Source: Gemmatimonadota bacterium (GTDB taxonomy: Bacteria; Gemmatimonadota; Gemmatimonadetes; Longimicrobiales; Gaopeijiaceae). Taken from it: 64,000 nt of DNA. The DNA is taken from positions 448,001-512,000 of the forward strand of contig JAXHMG010000003.1 of assembly GCA_034521595.1 (NCBI GenBank). Reading direction: 5' to 3'. A program made the translations under genes and the position numbers. Every line of letters begins with the position of its first letter. The stretch's first letter is position 1. Below the pieces are notes generated by a model, which searched no databases, had not been told where the DNA came from, and was given only the letters and a program-made list of their open reading frames with translations. Of the stretch, positions 45,746-55,452 are shown in pieces.

Positions 45746-47542
45746 ATGCGCTTCGCATATATCGATTCTCAGGGCAACGAAGTGGGGATTCCGAGCGTGG
45801 ATGCCCTGGCGCTGCGCATCGAGCTCGGAGCCATCGGTCCGGAGACGCAGCTCTACGACGCGCAGGCGGATCGCTGGGCGCCGGCGGAGTCGCACGAGAT
45901 CTTCCATACGTTGTCGCGGGACCTCGCGGGCGACGACTTCGTGTTGCCCGAGCCTCCGACACCATCCCCGGGACCGGCCACGCCGGAGCCCGACGCACCC
46001 GTGGAACCGGAGGAAGGGTCTGACGCGGAGTCGGGAGATGACGGATCGGCCCCGCCCGATGAGGGCCTACCCGCCTTGGCCGACGACTTCGAGCTCACCC
46101 TCGTGCCGACCGACGGGCCGGCAGCCGCTCCGGAAGGCGATCCCGAGCCGTGGGGTGGACTTTCCGAGGCCCCGGACGAGGACGCCGACGACGACTCGGA
46201 AGACACCGCCGCGAGCGCCGACCTCCCCCTGGACCTGACCCCCATGGAGTCGGCCGGGCCCACCGATAGCGGTGACCCCGACCACGTCGGCGACACCGAC
46301 GACGCCGGAGCCACGGCGCTGCCCCCGGACACCCCATCGGCGGCCGAAGAGGCGTTCGAGGACGCCCCGTTCGATTTCGGGATGCCCCCACCCGAGGAAG
46401 ACGACGGCGCGCTCGAGCTCGAGGCCCCGCTGAGCTTCGACGGGGAGCCGACGGAGGAGGAGGACATGGCGGGCGGGCTGGATCTGGAACCACCCATGTC
46501 GGATTTCGACCCTTCGGCACCTCCCGCTTGGATGGCAGAGGGTGGTCCGGCGCGGGAGGACGACCCGGCTGGAGCTGATCAGGATCACGAGCCGGTGCTG
46601 GATTTCTCGGACGGTATGGAGGGGCGTCCGGATATGGGTGGGGGATCCGCGTCGCCGGCACCATCCGCCGCCGAAGGACGGATTCCGGACAGTGAGGTGG
46701 AACCCGGATCGGTCCCGCAGAGGCCCGGGCGTCGGCCGGAAGGTGCGGCGCGGCCCGCGGCTCGCCGTCCCTCGAGAAGGAAGCGGCGCTCGCGCACACC
46801 TCTCGCCGTCTTCCTACTCATGGCCGCGCTCGGAGCCGGGGGCTGGTACGGGTGGCAGACGTTCGGGGAGCGCGTCGCTCCGCCGCCACCCAGGCCGCCG
46901 GTCGTGATACCGGACATTCCGGCTGAGCTCGAGCCGCCCATGCGGGACATGGCCGAAGCGGCGCTGCCCCTGATGTTCGAGCGAATCGAATCCCGCACGT
47001 TCGGGGATGGAGAGCCGGCCGCGCCGAGCGAGGAGTGGCTGGCCGGTGTGTATCTCGGCAACGCGAGCCGGTTCGCGTCGGTGGAGACGTTCTGGGCCGG
47101 AATCGCCGAGCTCGCGACCAGGCTCGGAGAGGAGGAGGTGGAGGTGTTTCACGAAACCTTCACCGCGCTCGCGGATTCGTCGGAGCTGACATCCGAATCC
47201 GTGGGTCAGGTCGTGGAACGCGCGGATTCGGGTTTCATGGCCACCCGGCCCGCACGGCTCGAAGTCTACGACCTCCTGCGCACGGTCGCGGACGCCTCGT
47301 TGGACCTGCACGCTTTCTTGCTCACCCATGAAAGCGAGATCTCGTACACCCCGGCGAGGGGCTTCTCGGGCAATCCCATCGAGGAGGTCGTGCCCGCGAC
47401 CGAGGAGGTCGGGGATCGGATGTGGGACTTGGTCGAGAACATCACGAGCGCGCTCGATGCCCTCGGGTCTCTCGATCGCGTCACGCGGGTCCGTCTCTCG
47501 ACGGTGGTGTTGGAGCGAATCGAGGAGATCGGAATCCGTTGA
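45746..47542 (+). CDS. Bitopic protein: GYF_2-like N-domain, long acidic linker, basic patch, TM, helical domain (paralog of 17086-18447)
   Basis: GAIGPETQLYD...W; RRKRRSR before TM; C-terminal blocks shared with the paralog. Confidence 0.72.
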   Translation: MRFAYIDSQGNEVGIPSVDALALRIELGAIGPETQLYDAQADRWAPAESHEIFHTLSRDLAGDDFVLPEPPTPSPGPATPEPDAPVEPEEGSDAESGDDGSAPPDEGLPALADDFELTLVPTDGPAAAPEGDPEPWGGLSEAPDEDADDDSEDTAASADLPLDLTPMESAGPTDSGDPDHVGDTDDAGATALPPDTPSAAEEAFEDAPFDFGMPPPEEDDGALELEAPLSFDGEPTEEEDMAGGLDLEPPMSDFDPSAPPAWMAEGGPAREDDPAGADQDHEPVLDFSDGMEGRPDMGGGSASPAPSAAEGRIPDSEVEPGSVPQRPGRRPEGAARPAARRPSRRKRRSRTPLAVFLLMAALGAGGWYGWQTFGERVAPPPPRPPVVIPDIPAELEPPMRDMAEAALPLMFERIESRTFGDGEPAAPSEEWLAGVYLGNASRFASVETFWAGIAELATRLGEEEVEVFHETFTALADSSELTSESVGQVVERADSGFMATRPARLEVYDLLRTVADASLDLHAFLLTHESEISYTPARGFSGNPIEEVVPATEEVGDRMWDLVENITSALDALGSLDRVTRVRLSTVVLERIEEIGIR

Positions 47543-47588
47543 CGGCTCCGCCAGACTTCTGCCACGGGCTGTTGGCGAGCGTGCCGAT

Positions 47589-48473
47589 CTACATCGCCCA
47601 GGGAACGAGCAGTGGAGGCTCTTCCATCTGTCGCTCGCGCACCATCCGACGTGCGCCGAGGTCGTAGATGTCACCGGGGCTCAACCACCGCAGCGGGATG
47701 AGCATCGAAGGATCCGTGACGTCGTAGACGACGACCTGATTGCCCATGACTCTCGCGAAGTCCCGGGTAATGATGAGCGCCGCACCTTCGTTCAGCCCTA
47801 GGCCGAGAAGGTGAGGCTTCGTACTGAGGACCTGGAGCAGGTCTTCCTCGCGTCCGCGAGCGACCAGGTGCTGGTCGATGGCCACGTTACGCAGGAACCC
47901 GAAGCCCTCTTCGCGCTCGGGCGTTGCCACCACGTCGTTCTCCTCGCCACCACGCACCAGGAACGAGGCAAGAGCCGAGGCTCCCGCCGAGTTACCCCCG
48001 ACGATCCCTCCGCGCGCCAGCACGTTACGAAGCTCGGTGTGCGTTCGGGTGTTCAGGTAGGGATCCACGAGTCGCCACTGACGCCCTCCCGAGAGCCATA
48101 CCCCGGTCGCTTTCCGGAGGGGCGCCGCGAATGCGTCGAGATCGGCGATGGCGCGATTCCGTGTATGGAGGACCTCGAGCCGAGTGACGCCGGCGTCCCG
48201 CAGCCGTTCGAGAGCCGCCCACCCGTCGTGTCGGCCGTACTCCACGCCCGCCGTCGGGATCAATACGATGCGGGCCTCGCTGCCGCCCGCCAAACGCACG
48301 AACTCCTCGTAAACTTCGTCCCCGAGAGTGCCACCACCCGCCGCCATCACCGCACCCCGAAGCGGACCGACACAGGGGCTCCCGCATGACTGCGCCGGGA
48401 GGCCGGTCGCGGCCCCGAAGATCATCGGGACGGCCACCGCCGGGCCGAACAGCCTCGCGGGGAGTGGGGGCAT
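47589..48473 (-). CDS. Cyanophycinase-like serine peptidase (S51), probably exported
   Basis: IPTA, SGGRQ, GNSAGA nucleophile, IDQH. Confidence 0.85.
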   Translation of the reverse strand: MPPLPARLFGPAVAVPMIFGAATGLPAQSCGSPCVGPLRGAVMAAGGGTLGDEVYEEFVRLAGGSEARIVLIPTAGVEYGRHDGWAALERLRDAGVTRLEVLHTRNRAIADLDAFAAPLRKATGVWLSGGRQWRLVDPYLNTRTHTELRNVLARGGIVGGNSAGASALASFLVRGGEENDVVATPEREEGFGFLRNVAIDQHLVARGREEDLLQVLSTKPHLLGLGLNEGAALIITRDFARVMGNQVVVYDVTDPSMLIPLRWLSPGDIYDLGARRMVRERQMEEPPLLVPWAM

Positions 48474-48486
48474 GGTTCGTTCGCGG

Positions 48487-49086
48487 TTACAGGTAGGGGT
48501 TCTCTCCCGACTCGTGATCCGTCACGTCGTGCACGGCGGCGAGCTCGGGCACGGCTTCTCTCAACATGCGCTCGACACCCTGGCGGAGCGTCATGCGGGA
48601 GAGCGCGCACCCCTGACAGCCGCCGCTCATCTCCACGTAGACGTCTTTGTCCTGCACGTCGATCAGCGAAATGACCCCGCCGTGGGCCGCGATGGCCGGG
48701 TTCACTTGCGCGTCGAGCACGCTGCGCACGCGTTCGGCGATCTCGCCGGTGGGGGGCTCGCTCGGACGGCTCCGAGGCTCGGGAGTAGCGACCTTGACCT
48801 CGAATCCACTCTCATTGACGCGCTCGACGTAGTCGATCGTCGCTCCGTCGAGCCGATCCGCGTCCTCCGAGCGAATGAGGACGCCGAAGTCCTCGTCGGT
48901 CAGCTCCACTTCGTCGTCGTCACGCTCTTCACGCTTCACGAGCGTCAGGTCGAAGCGGGGAGCCGTCGCGTCGTCGGTCATCGAGATCCGCAGCGCTTCG
49001 AGCTCCCCCCCGTTCTGAGACAGAAAGGAGCGTACCATCTCTCGGGCGCGATCCGTGAAGGTGATCGTCGTCACAGTTGGTTCCAC
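48487..49086 (-). CDS. nfuA: Fe-S biogenesis protein NfuA
   Basis: Degenerate A-type domain plus NifU C-domain NPAIAAHGG, GGCQGC, DVTDH..GENPY. Confidence 0.9.
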   Translation of the reverse strand: MEPTVTTITFTDRAREMVRSFLSQNGGELEALRISMTDDATAPRFDLTLVKREERDDDEVELTDEDFGVLIRSEDADRLDGATIDYVERVNESGFEVKVATPEPRSRPSEPPTGEIAERVRSVLDAQVNPAIAAHGGVISLIDVQDKDVYVEMSGGCQGCALSRMTLRQGVERMLREAVPELAAVHDVTDHESGENPYL

Positions 49087-49296
49087 CGGTTCCCGTGTCG
49101 TGTGTTGCTATCGTCGTATTCTACCTACCCCTAGAGATTCGTCGAGGTTCGCCCCGGTCCTTTGATGGCCCCGAGCGAACCCCCACGTCCTGTGGGGTCC
49201 GTACGGGCGTTGATCGGCCTTGAGGGGGCGGGTACCTTTCGCGCCGGCCGCAGGCCCCCCTGTCGACCCCCTGACCGCAGCAATCCGAGGCGTCTC

Positions 49297-50616
49297 ATGG
49301 CGAACGTGGACTTGATGGACAAGCTCGTGTCACTCGCGAAGCGGCGTGGCTACATCTTTCAGTCCTCGGAGATATACGGCGGCGCGGGCTCTGTTTGGGA
49401 CTATGGCCCGCTCGGTGTGGAGCTGAAACGGAACCTGAAGGATCTCTGGTGGTCCGCCATGGTGCACCGGCGGGATGATATCGAGGGACTCGACGCGGCG
49501 ATCCTGATGCATCCCCGGGTTTGGGAAGCCTCCGGACACGTCGAGGGGTTCACGGATCCGCTCATCGAGTGTGGAAATTGTCACCGGCGTTTCCGGGCGG
49601 ACATCCCGGAGGTCGCCGAAGGTCAGTGCCCGACGTGCGGGACGCGTGACGCGTTCAAGGAGCCCCGGCAGTTCAACTTGATGTTCAAGACGCACATGGG
49701 GCCGGTGGAAGATTCGTCGGCCGCGGTGTATCTGCGCCCCGAAACGGCCCAGGGCATCTACGTGAACTTCCTCAACGTCCAGGGCACGGCGCGCCGGAAG
49801 CTTCCGTTCGGGATCGCGCAGATCGGGAAGGCGTTCCGGAACGAGATCACGCCGGGCAACTTCATCTTTCGGACTCGAGAGTTCGAGCAGGCCGAGATGC
49901 AGTTCTTCGTGAAGCCGGGCGAAGACGAGGAGTGGTTCGAGCGGTGGATGGATGTGCGCATGGCCTGGCACGAGGAGCTCGGCATCGACTCGGACAAGCT
50001 CCGGTTCCACGAGCACGGCCCCGACGAGCTCGCGCACTATGCGAAGAAGGCGTTCGACATCGAGTACGAGTTCCCGTTCGGGTGGAAAGAGTTCGAAGGC
50101 ATCCACAACCGCACGGACTTCGATCTCTCCCGACATCAGGAGTATTCCGGTAAGCGGCTCGAGTACATCGACCCGGTGTCGAACGAGCGGTACATCCCCT
50201 ATGTCATCGAGACGTCCATGGGCGTGGACCGTGCGCTACTCGTTCTCCTCGCGGATGCGTTCCGGGAGGAGGAGGTCGAGGGTGAGGAGCGCGTCGTGCT
50301 GAGCCTGGATCCGCGGGTTGCGCCCGTGAAGGCCGCGATCTTCCCCTTGGTGAAGAAGGACGGGCTCCCCGAGAAGGCCGAGCGCCTGACGCATGCCCTC
50401 AAGGCCGCCGGAATTCCTTCCTTCTACGACCACGCGGGCTCGATCGGCCGGAGATACCGGCGCCAGGACGAAGCGGGCACGCCCTGGTGCGTGACGGTGG
50501 ATGGCGAGACGAACGAGGACGACACGGTCACGATCCGTGACCGGGACACGCTCGAACAGGTTCGGGTCTCCACGGACAAGGTCGTCGCTTGGGTACGCGA
50601 GCGTCTCACCGGGTAA
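49297..50616 (+). CDS. glyQS: Glycine--tRNA ligase, homodimeric alpha2 type
   Basis: KRRG, YLRPETAQG, FRNEITP, REFEQ, IGRRYRRQDE. Confidence 0.96.
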   Translation: MANVDLMDKLVSLAKRRGYIFQSSEIYGGAGSVWDYGPLGVELKRNLKDLWWSAMVHRRDDIEGLDAAILMHPRVWEASGHVEGFTDPLIECGNCHRRFRADIPEVAEGQCPTCGTRDAFKEPRQFNLMFKTHMGPVEDSSAAVYLRPETAQGIYVNFLNVQGTARRKLPFGIAQIGKAFRNEITPGNFIFRTREFEQAEMQFFVKPGEDEEWFERWMDVRMAWHEELGIDSDKLRFHEHGPDELAHYAKKAFDIEYEFPFGWKEFEGIHNRTDFDLSRHQEYSGKRLEYIDPVSNERYIPYVIETSMGVDRALLVLLADAFREEEVEGEERVVLSLDPRVAPVKAAIFPLVKKDGLPEKAERLTHALKAAGIPSFYDHAGSIGRRYRRQDEAGTPWCVTVDGETNEDDTVTIRDRDTLEQVRVSTDKVVAWVRERLTG

Positions 50617-50897
50617 GCGTCCGCGCCGGGTGAGCTCGCGGGGTCTCCGGACCTCGCTACATGGCGATCGGCAACCGACTGTCTCGGGGGATGCCGCGGA
50701 GGCGAGCCCTTGCCGCCCGCCAGAGCGTCCGTGCACTATGCGCTCCCGCGCAAGCACATGATGCTCGCACTCGGCGCGCGTCTTCGGGCTCGTTCGTTGT
50801 CGCACGCAAGGGAATGCAGTAGCGCACGTCCGAGCTCGAGACGGTGGAATAAACCGACGCGACGACCTTCCCGACCTCAATCGCACGGGAGACAGAC

Positions 50898-52346
50898 GTG
50901 GCATCGAAGTCCGAAGTGTTCAGCTCCCGCTGGGGGATGCTGCTCGCCATGGTGGGCATGGCCGTGGGAACGGGAAACATTTGGCGCTTTCCCAGGGTTG
51001 CCGCGACGAACGGGGGTGGATCCTTCCTCGTCGCCTGGGTGGTGTTCCTGCTCGCCTGGTCCATCCCGTTGCTCATTCTGGAATTCGGCCTGGGCAAGGG
51101 GACCCGCAAGGGCCCGATCGGTGCCTTCGTCAAGACGCTCGGCCCTGTAGCCGCGTGGATGGGCGCTTGGGTGGCCGTCGTGGCCACCGGCATCATGTTC
51201 TACTACAGCGTCGTCATGGGTTGGACGCTGCGCTTCTTCCTCGGCACGCTCACTGGCGAGGTGCCGGGCAGCGGCGCTCCCGACGCCTTCTGGAACGGCT
51301 TCCATTCCACCCCCCAAGCCCTGGTCACGCACGCCTTGGCGGTCGGCATGGCCGTGTTCGTGGTGTCGAAGGGAGTGCGGGGAATCGAGACGGCCGCTCG
51401 GATCCTGATCCCCAGCCTCGTCGTGCTCGTGATCGTGCTCGCGGTCAAAGCGGTCACGCTTCCGGGCGCCACGGACGGACTCGCGTTTCTGTTCACGCCG
51501 GACCTGGCGGAGTTGGCCGACTACGAGATCTGGCTCCAGGCGCTCACCCAGAACGCATGGGACACCGGGGCGGGGTGGGGGCTCGTCCTGACGTATGCCG
51601 TCTACATGAGAGCCCGTGAGGACACGGCGCTCAATGCCTTCGTGATCGGGTTCGGAAACAATTCGATGTCGCTGCTGGCGGGGATCATGGTGCTGTGCAC
51701 CGTCTTCAGCGTCATGCCGGAGGCCGCCTCGGAGATCGTCGGGGCGGGGAACGAGGGGCTCACGTTCATCTGGATCCCTCAGCTCTTCCAGGAGATTCCC
51801 GGCGGACAGTTCTTCCAGGCGTTGTTCTTCCTCTCTTTGGTGTTCGCCGCTTGGACCAGCTTGGTCGCCATGATCGAGCTCGCGAGCCGGATCCTGATGG
51901 ATCTGGGTGTGGAGCGGCGGCGAGCGGTCACACTGGTGGGGGCTGCCGGACTCCTCTTCGGTCTTCCGAGCGCATTGAACATCGAGATCTTCCGGAATCA
52001 GGACTGGGTCTGGGGGGTCGGGCTGATGATGTCCGGCTTCTTCTTCGCCTTCGCCGTCCTCCGCTACGGGGTGACGCGGTGGCGCGAGACTTTCGTGAAC
52101 CAGGACGGCTCGGATATCGAAATCGGTCCGTGGTGGGATTGGGCGATTCGGTTGGTGGCGCTGGAAGCCGTCGTCCTGGCCGGCTGGTGGCTCTGGAGCG
52201 CGCGCGGGGCGGACTTCCGATCGACGTGGACGTTGTTCAGCTCGTACAACATCGGATCCGTGCTCATCCAGTGGGGGGTGATCATCGGCATCCTGCTGCT
52301 CCTCAACCGGCGACTGGCCCGGCCCTTCGAGGATCGGGACGCCTGA
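50898..52346 (+). CDS. Sodium-dependent transporter, NSS/SNF family
   Basis: AVGTGNIWRFP, NGGGSF, GLTFI; about 12 TMs. Confidence 0.92.
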   Translation: MASKSEVFSSRWGMLLAMVGMAVGTGNIWRFPRVAATNGGGSFLVAWVVFLLAWSIPLLILEFGLGKGTRKGPIGAFVKTLGPVAAWMGAWVAVVATGIMFYYSVVMGWTLRFFLGTLTGEVPGSGAPDAFWNGFHSTPQALVTHALAVGMAVFVVSKGVRGIETAARILIPSLVVLVIVLAVKAVTLPGATDGLAFLFTPDLAELADYEIWLQALTQNAWDTGAGWGLVLTYAVYMRAREDTALNAFVIGFGNNSMSLLAGIMVLCTVFSVMPEAASEIVGAGNEGLTFIWIPQLFQEIPGGQFFQALFFLSLVFAAWTSLVAMIELASRILMDLGVERRRAVTLVGAAGLLFGLPSALNIEIFRNQDWVWGVGLMMSGFFFAFAVLRYGVTRWRETFVNQDGSDIEIGPWWDWAIRLVALEAVVLAGWWLWSARGADFRSTWTLFSSYNIGSVLIQWGVIIGILLLLNRRLARPFEDRDA

Positions 52347-52352
52347 GCCGCG

Positions 52353-53087
52353 GTGGATTTCCGAACCTTCGAACGGAAAGCCCGTGAGGCGTATGACGAC
52401 ATTCCGGAGGAGTACAAGCACGGGGTGGATGGGCTGCTCGTGTCGCGGGACGCGCCCGCCCATCCGACCCTCCGGGACGTGTACACGCTCGGGGAGTGCC
52501 TGACCGAGGACCATCCTTCGGATTTCGGTGGGCCTGAGACCACGCGATCGGTCATCGCCCTCTACTGGGGATCGTTTCGCGCGCTCTCCAGTCGCTACGA
52601 GGAGTTCGACTGGGAAGAGGAGCTCTGGGAGACCCTGACTCACGAGCTCCGGCATCATCTCGAATCCCTCGCCCGCGAGGATGCCCTCGAGGGTGTCGAC
52701 TACGCGGCCGACGAGACCTTCAAGCGCGACCAGGACCTCCGGTTCGACCCGTGGTATTATCAGCATGGGGACGACCTGGGGGGCGGAGTGTACGCCGTCG
52801 AGGGGGCGCTCTACATCGAGCAGGCTTGGACGCCGGCCGCCTTCGACCGAGCGCAGCGCATCGAGTTCGATTGGGCGGGCCGCCGCTACGCGATCCCCCG
52901 CCCGGAAAGGCTCGGTGACGTGCACTTCGTCTGGCTCGAGGGACTCGACGGAGCGGAGGGCTCGGTGGAGCTGGTGCTTCTGCGCCGGCAAGGGTGGTGG
53001 GAACAGCTTCGGGGGCTGGTCGGCCGGAAACGTCCCGATGTATTCGAATCGCGGGCCCGCGCGGAACCGCTCGAGCGGGAGGGGTAG
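52353..53087 (+). CDS. Zincin-like metallopeptidase domain protein
   Basis: IALY..SF and THELRHH (HExxH) motifs. Confidence 0.7.
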   Translation: MDFRTFERKAREAYDDIPEEYKHGVDGLLVSRDAPAHPTLRDVYTLGECLTEDHPSDFGGPETTRSVIALYWGSFRALSSRYEEFDWEEELWETLTHELRHHLESLAREDALEGVDYAADETFKRDQDLRFDPWYYQHGDDLGGGVYAVEGALYIEQAWTPAAFDRAQRIEFDWAGRRYAIPRPERLGDVHFVWLEGLDGAEGSVELVLLRRQGWWEQLRGLVGRKRPDVFESRARAEPLEREG

Positions 53088-53096
53088 GCGTCGCAC

Positions 53097-53897
53097 ATGG
53101 CACTTCACGACACGTACGCCCGGCGCACGCCGTTCGAGATCGCGTTCCCCGACCCGAGCCGAGCGCAGACGCTCGCGGACCAGGTCTTCGAGGAGGCGCA
53201 GGCGCGGTCGGTCGACCCGCATCATCCGCAGATGTTCGCGACGCTCGGTGCGGTCGGAGGCTTCGTGGAAGAGCTGCGGGATCCGGACGCACCACCGGAG
53301 GCGGCCCATCAGTACGCGGCGCTCGCGTTTCACGGAGTCCACTTCGTGCGCGCGAGCCGGCCCCTGTACCTGCTCGACACCGAAGCGTTGCGGCATCTCG
53401 TGGACCAGGATCCGGGCGGGGATCCCGACCCGCCTTCCGGAGCCGGGTACCTGCAGCTCCCGCAGCATCTCGTATGGATCGAAGCGGAAGGCGCCGAAGG
53501 CGATGCGCCGGAATCGCTGGATGGAGTCTTCTGGACCACGACGCCCGCCGGGATGCTTCACGCGCTGCTGGTCACCGGGTTGCGGCCGGATCGCCCGGGA
53601 GTAGGGGTCATTCCCGTGCCCGAGGCACCGCTCTCCGACGCACCGACCTGGGGGACGACGAACGTGCGTACCGACGGGGAAGGGGAGGATTTCGACAGTT
53701 CCATTCCGGGCGCGGACCTCGACCGGCTCTACGGGATCCGGGCCGCCGGTGAGCCGCTGAAGCTCCTCGCCCGTTTCTTCGCGTATGTCGCGGTGACCCC
53801 GGAAGCGGGAGGTGCGGAGCAGCCGCCGGAAGAGGCCGAGCCGGGCGAGCCCCTCCCCTCCGCTCTCCCCTATACCCGGATTTCGGTGAATGGCTAG
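53097..53897 (+). CDS. Hypothetical protein
   Basis: Fills the operon gap, overlaps the nth start, globular composition. Confidence 0.65.
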   Translation: MALHDTYARRTPFEIAFPDPSRAQTLADQVFEEAQARSVDPHHPQMFATLGAVGGFVEELRDPDAPPEAAHQYAALAFHGVHFVRASRPLYLLDTEALRHLVDQDPGGDPDPPSGAGYLQLPQHLVWIEAEGAEGDAPESLDGVFWTTTPAGMLHALLVTGLRPDRPGVGVIPVPEAPLSDAPTWGTTNVRTDGEGEDFDSSIPGADLDRLYGIRAAGEPLKLLARFFAYVAVTPEAGGAEQPPEEAEPGEPLPSALPYTRISVNG

Positions 53898-54540
53898 GGA
53901 GTCGAAGAAGGCACGTCGCGAGCGTGCGGCCACCGTGTACGATCTGCTCCGGGAGGAGTACCCCGACGCGCACTGTGAGCTCGATTACGAGAGCCCGTTC
54001 CAGCTCGCGGTCGCCACGATCCTGTCCGCCCAGACGACGGACGTGCGCGTCAACATGGTCACGCCGGAGCTCTTCCGCCGGTTTCCGGACGCCGAGGCGC
54101 TCGCCAACGCGGCTCAGGAGGAGGTCGAGGAGCTCGTCCGCTCCACGGGCTTCTACCGCAACAAGGCGCGAAACATCATCGGATTCGCCCGTGGGCTCAT
54201 GGCGGATCACGAGGGCGAGGTCCCGGCCGACATGCAAGCGTTGGCCGCTCTGCCCGGCGTGGGACGCAAGACCGCGAACGTGATTCTCGGCAATGCGTTT
54301 GGAATCGACGAAGGTGTCGTCGTCGACACGCACGTGAAGCGGCTTTCCAACCTGCTGGGGTTCACCCGGGAGAAGACGCCGGAAAAGGTGGAGCGCGACC
54401 TGATGGATCTCTTCTCGCGGGAGCAGTGGACGATGCTCGCGCACCTCCTCATCTGGCACGGCCGCCAGGTCTGTGAGGCACGTCGCCCGCGGTGCGAGGC
54501 CTGCGTCATCTCGCATCTGTGCCCCTCGTCCAAGGTGTGA
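53890..54540 (+). CDS. nth: Endonuclease III
   Basis: LSAQTTD, LPGVGRKTA HhH motif, VDTHV, C-x6-C-x2-C-x5-C FeS cluster. Confidence 0.96.
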   Translation: MARESKKARRERAATVYDLLREEYPDAHCELDYESPFQLAVATILSAQTTDVRVNMVTPELFRRFPDAEALANAAQEEVEELVRSTGFYRNKARNIIGFARGLMADHEGEVPADMQALAALPGVGRKTANVILGNAFGIDEGVVVDTHVKRLSNLLGFTREKTPEKVERDLMDLFSREQWTMLAHLLIWHGRQVCEARRPRCEACVISHLCPSSKV

Positions 54541-54696
54541 GCCGGAACGTCTTGACCGGCGGCGGGACCGGCAGGCAGCTTGCGGCAAAGGGCCCGACCG
54601 CGCCCGAGAACCGGGGCGGTGGCGTCCGCGACGAACCCGGGGGGATCACGGGCCGTTTGCCGACCACTTTCCCTGACAACCTAGAGGATTCCGTAG

Positions 54697-55262
54697 ATGC
54701 CCGATCGCGCCCAAGCCGTAACCCTCCTCGAGGAGTGGGTCGAGAACGAGGGGCTTCGCACGCACATGTATGCCGTGGAGGCCGCGATGCGCCACTACGC
54801 CCGTCTGCGCGGAGCCGACGAGGATCTGTGGGGTCTGGCCGGGCTGCTCCATGACCTCGATTGGGAGAAGCATCCGGAAGAACATCCTCTGAAGGCCGTC
54901 GCACGGCTCGAGGAGCTCGGCTATCCTGAACCGAAATGCTGCATGCCATCCTGGCGCACCGATCCGATTTCACGGGCGTGGAGCCCGAGACGGAGCTCGA
55001 CAAGGTCCTGATCGCCTGTGACGAGCTCTCGGGCCTCGTGTATGCCGCGTGCTTGGTGCGCCCGAACGGCATCGAAGACCTCAAGCCGAAGTCCGTGGTC
55101 AAGAAGCTGAAGGACAAGACCTTCGCGGCTGGGGTCAGCCGGGAGGAGGTGCAGTGGGGCATGGACCTGATCGGCCTCGAACGCAAGGAGCACATCCAGA
55201 ACGTCATCGACGGCCTCCGCGAGCGGGCCGCGGATTTGGGGCTCCGGGCGCAGGACATCTGA
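54697..55262 (+). CDS. HD-domain (HDIG) phosphohydrolase, frameshifted near 54930
   Basis: H..AVEAAMR, GLLHDLD in the first frame; AILAH, ACDELSG, FAAGVSR in the second frame. Confidence 0.8.
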
Positions 55263-55452
55263 TTCACCCGTTCCCGAGGCAGAGTGGGGCGCTACGGGAA
55301 CTGGCGTTTTGGCGTTCGGGTAGAACCTCTGCATCGGATCCGTCCCTGCTCGGGTCCGTGTGCGCCCTCCGCAGGTGTCTTCTGTGACCGATCGCCGGTT
55401 GGACGAGTGGCTCTTTCACCAGCTTCCCGTCTCGCCCCACTCCCGCAAACCG

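Noticed and set aside
50617-50897. Possible amino-acid riboswitch upstream of the NSS transporter
   Set aside because: No glycine, lysine or SAM riboswitch consensus elements recognised; a covariance-model search would be needed.
50877-53933. 1018-aa minus-strand ORF
   Set aside because: Antisense to the NSS, zincin and hypothetical genes; no recognisable domain.
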